A stretch of DNA of 56,870 nt, the filler included, from Platydemus manokwari (taxonomy: Eukaryota), in NCBI GenBank assembly GCA_037951405.1. It is 5 parts of 5 records of this genome, joined end to end, with 100 filler letters (N's around TTAATTAATTAA, not from the genome) between each part and the next. Parts side by side here need not be neighbours in the genome. Positions count along the whole stretch, not along the records: positions 37,246 to 46,113 come from JBBMOY011336984.1; positions 46,214 to 56,870 come from JBBMOY011116108.1; 3 more parts are not named here. One strand, written 5' to 3'. Made by a program: the position numbers and the translations under genes. The notes under the pieces are model-generated. The model was not told the DNA's origin, did no database searches, and saw only the letters and a list, made by a program, of their open reading frames with translations. Shown here piece by piece: positions 37,641 through 48,905 of the stretch (position 1 is the stretch's first letter; the number at the start of each line of letters is the position of its first letter).

Positions 37641-40026
37641 GGTTTTTCTTGGTTCCTGGGTCCCTTTTGACTAATTTGTGATATACTTTCCATCTCTGCA
37701 GGCTTTGATAAGAGGATTAAGATTATTTTCATATCTTCAGGTAGGCTGAAGACAATTATTGAGATGATCCCATTGATGGTTTTTGAGAAGATTTTACTGA
37801 AGATTGAGATTAAATTGATGATCCGGCTCTGTGACATTTTAAATATATGGTTTTTTTAAAATTAATGTGGATATTTAATTAATATTCTAGGTTTAAATAT
37901 GAATAAGATATTTTTTAAAAACTATCAGTAAAATCACTATTTTTAAATTCAAAATAAGCAGCTATTTAACAGTAATGATAGTTTATTCGAAATTCCAACA
38001 GAATAAAAAATAGTTTAAAAAACTAAAGAAGGCCTATCAATTTATGATTATATAAGCATTCGTGAATCCAGTAGAAGCACTACTATTCAATCCTAGAAAT
38101 TATTATCGGGATGTGTAAAAAGCTAAATGTATATAATAAATGCTATTGTTCAATAAATTACTATTATTCGATGAACAATTAATTTGTGGAGCATCAATAT
38201 CAAGAAATTTATCAAGAGGAAGACATTTCAATTTCATCACATTTCGAGTGTCATAATCATATTTATTACATAATATCAATACTATTATTCAAGTATTTTT
38301 ATTTTCAGTCATTGAACTTCTTATCAAATTATCAATATCATTAAAATTTTTATCAAGTTTGAACAATTTCTTTATACTTGATGGTAAACAATAAGAATTA
38401 TAAATTGGTAAAAGTGTTATTTTAAATATTCGCTTCTATAATTTCACTCTGCTTTTTACATAAATGGAAAGATTTACCTTATATTTATAAAAACAATAAA
38501 TTTAAATCAAATTTAATTTTTGAAAAAAAGCTTGGATAATAATAAAATAATTTTCTTACAGAAATGGTAAAAATTAATTGCAACATTTTCAATTCAAGTA
38601 AACTTTTGTTTAAATTTAGTTTTGAACATTTTCAAATTGTTCTAACTTTAATCAATGTTTTTACAAGATGATCACATATTACAAAATCTATTTTATGATT
38701 TCTTTTCTTAACTTCAGCCTTCCTGAAAATTGATATATAATTGATTTAAGTGATGGTTATCAAACACAGCATTTGTAATGTTGCTCTATATAAATATATA
38801 TAAATTTTTATTTTGCAGGGATTTCACTTGAGGGATCGAAGCTCCTTAGATTGGTTTAATAATAATAATTGCACGGTAAGATATATTTTTTTATATATGG
38901 ATTTTAATTATTTTGTCAACGCTTTGCTTGTTTTGGGTTGTTTCTTGCAGATTTTCTGAAAATTAAAATTTAAGAGTAACTCATTTTATAACTAAATATG
39001 TAAATATCTTAAAACATTTTAACAAGTTATGACCTTAGTTTGTCATATTATAAACCGAATAATTTCATTTTTATTTCATATTAGTATTCGATTTTCATTG
39101 TCAACAAATCAGTAATTAAGCTGCTATAAACATGCTTTTGATTGCTTTATATATGTAAGTATTTAAAATTAACATTTTAAAAGCGATTTCAAAACTGCCC
39201 ACATTTCTTTATTAATTTTACTTAATGATAATTAAACATGATTTATTTTTAAATGAACGAGAATAAATTTATATTATGGGCACAATCGAAGATTATAAAA
39301 CAAAAATGATATATTCTCAAAATTTTTAATGAGCACTTTTTGGATATGTAACGTCCCAACCCACGGTCAAGATTACGTAATATAATTTTCTAAGTAAAAG
39401 TTTTAGCAGATAAGTGTTAATGAAGTTATTTACGCTGGTATTTGATTAGGATCAACCAATAAAATATAATTGCATAATAATATTAATTTGCCACATGATC
39501 GCATAATGTGATTTCTGTGGTTCAATAAGAAGCCATTCAGAAAAGTTAAACTGAATTATCTTCGAAACTAATATTTTTTGTTAGATTAATTTGAAACCCA
39601 CTCTTTATACAAAAAATCAAAAGACGGGTTTTCCTTTTCGTTTTTTGAGATTAATCTATGAACAAAATTGTCACATCGAGTTTATCATTAGGACAAGGTT
39701 AATTTTAATTAGGACTAAGAAATTCATCAAGTTATGAAAAATCACAGAAAAGAAGAACAATCATAAAATAGTTTTGAAATTGAGAATAAGAGAAATTAAA
39801 ATGTTTCATTTAAGGAAAAAACTTTTCTTAAGCCGGAATATGAATAATAATATAATAATCTTAATAATAATCAATATCAGATAACTGGAAAAAAATGATT
39901 GTTTTTATGGTTTTATTTAGATAATGTTGATTACAACATTATAATTTTGACCACATCAACCATTTATATAAAAACTAGAAGACAATTAAGGTGTTTTATT
40001 TAATATAATCAAATTTTAAATATGGT

Positions 40027-43000
40027 TCAACATAGTCCGCAAGTTGCTTTGCACAATTTGTAAGCATCATTTTCATTTTTATGACAACCACCATTATCTT
40101 TGAATAATTTGCAATCTTGATTAGACAATCGATTCTCACAAACTAAAAACGATAATGATTAATATTTTATTGTTGCATTGAAGATTGTAGTACTTATGTG
40201 TGTTGAACATTTTTCTTTTCTGGTGTACACTTTTCTTCTACATTTAGACTTTTCTTTGCGTTCATCATCATCTCTCACGTAATAGTAAACGTGTCGTAAT
40301 CTGTATCCTTCGGAACAACGAGTTTTTCTTACATTTCTCTGTGGACATTTGCGGCAATAAAATTTTCTCGAGTCTCTAATTTCAACAAGAACATTGAATT
40401 ATTTAAATTTGAGTAGTCTATTTTACTCACATTTTAAATCGACAACAACCTTTTTGTCTAATTGAATATTTTGTTATCAATTTCAAAAATCCTGATTTAC
40501 CACAACTTGTTACAAAATGTTGATCATGTTTTGGACATTTAGAACAACTGAAAGCTTTCTTTGAAGCAATAATGTTGCACTTTCCATTTTTCAATTTTAC
40601 TGATTGTATAGTTGATATATATCTCACAGAGTTTTTACATTTATGAATTATTCGGAATGGCTTTTTGTAGCATACTACAATGAATAAATTCTGAACCAGC
40701 AATTAAATAATTATTTGAAATTTATTCAATTGAGTCAGCACCGAATATTTTCGTTAAGATATTGTTATCCTATTTAATTCACTTTCGTGATATTTTTAAA
40801 TTGACCAACTTCATATTTTTTGTTATTTATTAAATGAAAGTAATTAGAATGGAATATTTTTACTTAATGCTGAAATGATAAGCTTGGATTCAAATAAACT
40901 TAAATTTATTATTAATTTCTTATCATAACTCAGTTTTAGACTATTGCTCGGGATTTGGACATACACAGCTCCACCTGTTCTAGTACCAACATCATGACAT
41001 AATAAGATTAATTTAAAAAGTAATTATAATTATAATCATCAATAATTGTTTCTTTAATGCTATTTTCGACAGATGGAATCTATTTAATGTCATTGCTGAT
41101 ATAACAATCTTTATGCTATTTATATTTCTTTCAAGTCTTCATAGATTGAAAGTCGCTAAGTTTACTCTGCTCATGTTATTTGTCCTATGATTAAACTAAC
41201 TTGGATTACCAACACGATTCATTTTAAATCATATCAAATGCTTCATTTTCACCTACAAACTGAATATTAATCGTAAAATAGTTCATTACCATTTCTAGAA
41301 AACTAAGTATATAATTAAATAACAATTCTAATCATCCAATAAATTAGGTTAATAAATTTAAAATTTAATCTCGGTTAGGGTTATATCTTCAGCATTATTT
41401 AAGCTAATTTTAATCATTTTTTTTATTTCTGAGTAAATCAGCTCAAATAGCAGCTTCATCTCTATTTCCAATGTTATTTGGTCTTAATCCAGTTTCATGT
41501 ATTTAGATCAAAGTCACCCTCCAATAAACTTTGAGCTTAAAAATTAATAAATCGAATTAGTATGAGTGCAGAAATAAAACATTTTATCAAATTCATAGAT
41601 ATTATTTAACAATAATTTTATTCTAACTAGCTATTAAATTTGTTTCATCGAGGACATTAATATTAAATAGAAAATATTGTAATGAAATGCTTTATTTACC
41701 ACTGCAGGATTTTTTCCGCTTTTTGATTTGCATGACACATTTACCATGTTTAGGATGTTTGAAAATAATTATCTGAATTTTGAATCGATAGTTGGTTTTA
41801 TCACACTTCGTTTCATATTTATAAGACTTTGAACATTTGCATCTAGTGCATGTTTTCTTGCAAACTTTTTTGATAATTTTATTGGTACATTTCCCTAAAC
41901 GATGAGGTATTATATAAATACAACATATCATTATCAAACCTTTTGTTTTCAATTTTTGACATTTATTATCCGTTTTCCAGTTGTTGCACCCATCATGATG
42001 ACAAGGTATCAATCCTTTCCAAGATCTCTTCAGACAACGTCCACTGCGGCTAACAATGAAATAAAATATACTTGATTTCCTGTGGCAATGTAAACGATTT
42101 TTTAGTTTTGCACATTTGCATTTGCCTAATTTTTTGATTACTGGTGAAGAACAGACTGAAATTGTAATTGTTATTTATTGAAAAATTAACAATTTTTGTC
42201 ATACTATTTTTGCATATTTTTACACTCAGAATACAATGAGTCGCTTTTTGTCTCCGAAGATCTTCGTAACCGGCCCCCACCCTCAATTGATGGGGATAAA
42301 TTTTAGTTTCTAGTTGAGCCGGATTGACTTTATTCAAAACACAAACGCCAGGTCCTTTCGTCTTGGTTATATAGAAATCAAAACTTTTACAAGCTGACAT
42401 AACTTTGCACTTCATTAAACATTCATGATAAGAAATCATCTTAAAAGAGCCTAAATTAAGTTTTTTATTATAACGACGATCCGTAACTAAGCATGATTGA
42501 TAGTTTATCTTAAACCCAATTTTACTATTTGTTGGGCATTCTAAAAATATTATTTACTACAATCTGTAATTTAATTCATAATTTTACTTGAACATTGGTT
42601 GCATGTCATTCTACATAATTTATTTCTATACACTCCATGTTTTTTACATCCTCCAACGAGTCTTATTTTCTCACAAGTTTTGACTGGTAAAACATTGGCA
42701 CATGATTTACCATGTGCCGCTCCAATGAATCGATCTTGGCATTTCAATTTTCGCACGTACATCTTTCTAACACATTTGCATGTACGAGAGATATATAAAA
42801 TGGTTTTGATTATTTGAAATTTTTGATTGCATTTACTTTGAATAACCTTTGGTTTTGGACAATCTAAAACACGAATTTTAATTAATTAATTGTTTTCTGC
42901 AAGATATATTGATATTAATAATCACATAAAGTTGTATAAATGTAACTGGTTATTTTTATTAGTCTTTGTCTTATTTTAAATGAACTAAAAAATTTACGAT

Positions 43001-45633
43001 TATTTAATAGGATTGTTTAGTATATGAATGCTTTCACGAGGAAAAGCCAATATTGATGAATGGAAAAGATAATTGAATAGATTTAATGATAATTTAACAA
43101 AATATTCGTTTGAAATCTAATTTATAATTATTTAACTATTCCGAACAAAATTATTCTTATTCTTTTTAGTACTCGAATCTACAAAGCATATTATGCAACT
43201 GAAGAAATCCATCTTACTTATTGTCTTAGAGATTCTTTTGGATTTCAATGAACATTTGTTTTCTTCTTTTGAAAATTTGAACCACGTATGGAAAGTTACA
43301 AGATATTTATCTTTGAAGCAATTTGTTTTGGTCGCTCCTTTTGGACATTGGCACAATTCTTTGAGGCGCTTGGATAGTTTGATGCATTTACAATTTCTTT
43401 GAACGACCCATGAAATTATAACAAACCGATATTTGTAGTTTGAACTGTGGTCTTTTTTGCATTTGCTTGTATGTTTTTGGACGTTTTTCTGACATTCTAA
43501 ATTATAATAAAAGGAGATAAAACAAAACAATGATTGTGTAAAATATTGAAAGCAAGATTTATTGTATTTATGCTATGATAATAATTATTTAAAATTATTT
43601 TGATATAAAAACTAGTAATTGTTACTATGCTTTTCAACTTTCAAAACTTTGACTTCTTTTTTGCAACGAGCAATAATTTCTTTTCTTCGTTTTACTTTTA
43701 TTAATTTGTTCCTGATTTCAATATGCCTCCATATTCCATTATTGATGCATTTTCTCAAAATTGGACCTTTACTGCACCTGCATGGTACCTTTGAATGTTT
43801 CATCATTTTTATGCATTTGCAATTCTTGGGAATAAACCATTTGATTTCTTTAATTCTATACCAAACCTTGCCTATAGGGATGTTGCATTTTCCACTGTGG
43901 ATTGTTGGCTTTGAATTACATTCTGTAATCAATCAATTATTTTTGTAAAATTAAACCATCGAATAAAGTTAACTTGTCTTTTGAGTTTTTTTGATGGATT
44001 TTTTAACGCAAGTTTTCTTTTTTTCATTGAAAATTGTAAATGTTTTACGGTAAATTTTTCGATTGGATTTACAAATTCTTTCAATGTGTTTATTTAATGG
44101 ACAACCTGATTAAGAGTTAATAAAATGAAAATCCATTCTTAAACTTACAGCATTTCGCATGTCGGCTTTCTGTTCTGTGATGACACTGACAGTTTTTAGG
44201 GAAAAATTTAATGATACGAATTGTTTTTGTGCATGTTATTCGGTTGCATTTGGATTTTAGAATTTTTGGTTTAGCGCAGACTAAAAATTTAAATGGAATT
44301 AAATTTTATTTTATTTTCATCTGGTAAAAATTACTGATAGGTATTTTGGCGACATTTCTTCGTTTGATACAATTATGGTTAGCGAATGTTTCATAAAGTT
44401 TAATACGCATGACATATTTATCGTTTTTACACATTTTCATTCGTTTGCTCTTTTTACAACGGCAAAGTTTGTTTTGTTTTTTTACGAACTTGACACATTT
44501 ACATTGCTTGATGGATCGTTTTATGGTAATTATTGATCTGTAGTTGGATGACATACAATGGCCAGTTCGATGTTGGATTTTAGGTCTACATTCTACAAAA
44601 AAATATTTCAAACATTTAAGTTTTATTTAATACAGGATTATTACTATCTATTAAATTTCCAGAAATATCCTTTTTGCTGACATGTTTAACACACGATTTA
44701 TTCTTGAATTTCCAATCGATTTTAATTAATAATCTCCGATTTTTGAGACAGATATTAAATTGTCTTGATTTTTTAGGACAACCTAATTGAAATTCAAAAT
44801 TTAGTAGATCATGTTATAAATAAATTATCGTACAGCACAGCCAATTTTTAGTAGTGACCTTTCTTATGCATTGTTTACCAATAAATCGATATCCGTAAAT
44901 GTATGTTTTTCCAATACAACCAGTTTCCTTTGAACATTTACTTCGTTTTACTTTTGCAATTGGACATGCTTTTCAAAGGATTAATTTGTCATTTTATTTA
45001 TGATTCGTAATTACCTTTTTTGCAGATAGTTCTTAAAATTTTCTGTGGTAAATTATTCAATTGATTGATTTTACGTATTCTCCACAAATGATTCTTTGAA
45101 CCGATTAAAAGGCCTTTCAAGAATTTCCAACCTTTGTGTGATGGTCTTACTGCAACAGCATTCAAACGGACATTTAATTTTTCCAACTTTCTAATTTCTT
45201 TGAAAACATTTTTAATATTTCCATCATTGTGTCCATCACTGATAATGTAAATCAATTGAAGAATTCCTGGTCGTGATTCTCTTAATATCTGAGAAATTTA
45301 ATCTGGTATTCGAAAAATGCTAAAATAACAATGTTACTTTCGTCCTTGTTAGATGAAGTGCTTTCGCTAAATTTGAGATTCTTCCACTATAAGGCAGTTC
45401 ATTGATAAATGAAATCAAAGAACTATGCTCATGATGATCATTTAAATTGAATACGACACTGGGGTTTTCAGAATATTTTACCAAAGCAAAACGATAACTA
45501 CTTTTTCCTATTGGGAATATGTTTACAGTTTCTTTAAGTAATTTTTGAATTAATGATTGATATTCTGGCTGCCTACTAGACACTGCCTGATCAACCAAGA
45601 AAATCACTTCTGCCGCTGATTTCTTTAAGCATA
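40027..45633 (-). CDS. Large mosaic extracellular-type protein: vWA, Lys/Cys-rich repeats, ShKT, PAN/apple, ShKT, repeats, ShKT (5'-incomplete)
   Basis: More than 15 GT-AG exons. vWA: EVIFLVDQAVS...RFALVKYS...IYIISDG (45633-45015). Many ~45-aa CPK...C...R.I...F...CxC...C repeats. ShKT-like: CANVLPVKTCEKIRLVGGCKKHGVYRNKLCRMTCNQC (~42600-42700) and CNNWKTDNKCQKLKTKGKCTNKIIKKVCKKTCTRC (~41840-41990). PAN: SYHECLMKCKVMSACKSFDF...CVLN (~42330-42430). Terminal ShKT: CENRLSNQDCKLFKDNGGCHKNENDAYKLCKATCGLC*. Confidence 0.85.
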
Positions 45634-46043
45634 CTGAAGTAACATAAAATTTAATTGAAAATATACAAATTAAATAATAATTTAAGAATCATATTAATTA
45701 TATAATTTTTATTTTATAGAAATTATGGTTGACGTTCTCTAATTCTCTCAAGAGACTTTAATTTTTTCTGGGAATTGGTTTCGTATATTGTTATTGGTTA
45801 TGTGTCATATTCGACCAATCTTGTAATTCAGTGATATTCATTTAATATTTTTACTATTCCTTTATCTGACTTTAGTCAGAAAAATGACCACGAAAAATTC
45901 AGTTTTTTTATTATTTTTATTAAAATAAATTTGGTAAATTCTAACAGTATTATATAAGAGCTATAATAAATGAAATCGAATAACCTGATATAAGTCATCT
46001 AATGTTTCAAGATAAAACATCCCACTAACTGAATTATATTATA

Positions 46044-46113
46044 CCAGGTTGAGTCAAAAGTTATTCATGTTTTTATGCAGGTATTTTATTAACACAAATT
46101 GTTATAACGCTGA
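46044..46113 (+). mobile_element. Mariner/Tc1 terminus at a contig break
   Basis: 70 bp identical to 25614-25683, preceded by TA. Confidence 0.75.
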
Positions 46114-46213
46114 NNNNNNNNNNNNNNNNNNNNNNNNNNNNNNNNNNNNNNNNNNNNTTAATTAATTAANNNNNNNNNNNNNNNNNNNNNNNNNNNNNNN
46201 NNNNNNNNNNNNN
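46114..46213. other. Artificial contig spacer
   Basis: N44-TTAATTAATTAA-N44. Confidence 0.95.
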
Positions 46214-46284
46214 CAACAAACCATTTTTCTTATGGCCAGTGACATCTGTTACAAAAACCGGAAAGGAATTACCGACACACCTGG
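46214..46284. mobile_element. Mariner terminus of a different family at the contig start
   Basis: ...AAAACCGGAAAGGAATTACCGACACACCTGG|TA; the reverse complement begins CCAGGTGTGTCGGTAATTCC. Confidence 0.6.
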
Positions 46285-46977
46285 TATATTGAAATATCAA
46301 TTATTCTTGACTTTATCGGTGGCTAGACCTAATGGCACTATAACCAATACTATTAAATGCTTTGAGTTGAAAATTTTAAAATCAGTTATACTTCAGTTGA
46401 AATAAATATTGTGGATTTATATAAGTTAAAGAAAATTTATTTAAAAAGTACTAATCTCATCTTGTTTATAAAGGAATTTCGGAATAGAACTGTGAAAAAA
46501 ATTCTGTCAACGTAAGTATTGGCTATGTTTATTTCAACGGTAATTTCTCATTAATTTCTCTCTGTTTTCTTTTATCTTTCGATTTGTATCAGTGATAACT
46601 TTATATATTTTCTGTTGTTTAATTATCTTAGTTATAGGCTAATCATGTTATTTATTATCTTAAATTTGACTAATGGCAAAAAATGATAGATTTAATTCGA
46701 TCTGATAAATTAACAGCACTTAACGATTAGATTTTTGACAGCGATTTTGAAAAATTGTTAGATGCAACAGCTTAATAGTCTCAAGGTTAGTTCGCTTTTG
46801 TATTCACTTTATATTATTATTATTTTTCTTATTAGTTTTGTATTATTATTTTTGGTATTAAATTATACTACTTTTGTCGCCCAAATATTTTGGTGATTAT
46901 TTTTAGTTACTTTTTAACCATACTTCTTATTTTTTGTTATTATCATTCTATTTTTGGGATTTATCCGTGTTTAGTGT

Positions 46978-47940
46978 AAGCCACTACTATTTTATAATGT
47001 GCGCATTAAAAACAAAAACTGAAAAGCCAGAACACCAAATTATATTTTAATTTAAATTACTAAAACAAATTAATTTTTTATATGAATATAATTTTAAAAT
47101 TCAAATTTCAATTTATTATAAATTCTCAAATTTAGCTTAAAGGATAGTTTCGAAAAATTTCATGTATATATTGCGTTTCGAGCTTTTTAATGAATTTTTT
47201 ATTTTAATCAGTCTCAAATAAATACTATTATGATTTTTGCTTACGGATCACTGTTGTCTTGATCAGTCTCAAATGAGTTCTAATCAAGCCCAAGGTACAC
47301 CTTAAACCTTATTTCTATTTCTATTTTCACCTCTCAATCAAACCTAAATGAAGATAGAATTGATTGGCAACAATGATCCAAAAAGGGGTATTTTAATCCT
47401 ATCAGTCTCAATTACTATTTTATAACTATTTATGCCTCTAAAATCGATCAACAACGTAACTCCTTTTTACTGCTAAACTTTTATTAATATATAAAAGCAA
47501 AATTACAGTTTGCAATACTAATATACACCAAGATAAAAATATTGGATCAACGGCTAAGCTTACAATTCCAGATGATAGCGGTTTATACCTCCTTCTCTTT
47601 TATTAAAACCGATTACCAAAGATGTTTTTGAGCACAGCTCTATAATAATATGATAGACGATACGTACGATAATGGTAAATTGATGGGTAAATTGGCACAG
47701 TTCGAAGCTATTTGAAGGGAATTAGAACAAATGTCTATGACAGCAAGGCCTTACGTACAATGGAAAAGCAGTGCCGAAATAGAATCTGCCAGATATGAGA
47801 AAACGACAAAGAAATACGACCCGTGAAAGTTGTATTACAGCGATTGTTAAAGAAAATATGGGAACCAATGGAAAGAGATAAAATCCAAGACGTAAGTGCC
47901 AATTCAAATTCAATCAAAAGTATTTGAATTTAGCTGATAT
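46978..47940 (-). mobile_element. Inverted copy of the long LTR-like repeat
   Basis: The reverse complement aligns with 19480-20080 (ttgttgatcga, ttggatc.ttg.tgcc.atca, gaggtgaaaa.agaaa, gagactgatcaag.ca.ca.tgatcc) and ends aatagtagtggcttaca like the TRIM LTRs. Confidence 0.65.
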
Positions 47941-48905
47941 ACGATATGATTTTATTTGAACGAATATTTATTCGATATCTGATTTGATTTTTGAAAATTA
48001 TAATTTTATGATTTTGAAAAAATTATTGAAATCATTATATCATTATTTAATAGGGTTATACTATTTATTAAGAAACTCGAAAAGTAGAGCTGACCATATG
48101 AAATGCTACCTGAATAAAATTTATTTATGGTTCACACAAGTTTTGAACATCTCTTACAGAAAATATTGTAAACTTTAAGTATCATCGTGAATATAAAAGT
48201 AGGCAATTACCTTTAATTAAAACAATTCAATGAAATTTCCAAAAGTTTGGATTAATTTCTGTACTGAGTTCACAAAGTCCATTTTCAATAAACAAATCGT
48301 TCATCACTTTGACAAATAAATGTGTAAGTTTTGATACGCGTGTATGATTTAATTTTAAGGTTGAGTAACATTTTCTTCGGAGTTGACGAAAAATTTGTTT
48401 CAGATATGGTACATCAGTACCACTTTATGAGATCAGAGGTGTTATACGAATGAAAAACATGGGTGCGTTGTTTGCCATGTTTATATTTAGTGAACAAATT
48501 TCAATTTTCTTCCCACAATTTCCAATCGTAAATTTAATATTGAAAACATGCTTATTTAATTTTTAAATGAAATAAAACAGCCAAAATACATAATAATATT
48601 TGTAAATTCTATTTGTTAGCTATTAAATAACCAAAACACATTTTGATAAGACAATATAAAATTCAATGATACTGATTGTCAACAATGACTATTTGGATAG
48701 AAATCCTGGAAAAATCACACACGTTTATCATGATCAATTAAACAATAAATCAATTGGAGATCCAACCACACATTAAAAACTAAATATTTTCAAACCATGA
48801 AAAATTCCAAACAAGCAAAATAACAACATAAATTCTCGTAAATTATATTTTGTAAAACTAATATCAATGACAATTCATTCGAAACCTATTTCTAATAATT
48901 ATTAA

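Noticed and set aside
39346-39938. Solo LTR (TGTAAC...TTACA/ACAACA)
   Set aside because: No TSD, PBS, PPT or second copy supports the boundaries.
42599-43948. Plus-strand ORFs opposite the Cys-rich gene (also 7502-7793, 13366-13557, 15748-15984, 24231-24449, 55847-56107, 56256-56441)
   Set aside because: They are antisense shadows of real coding exons or transposon ORFs.
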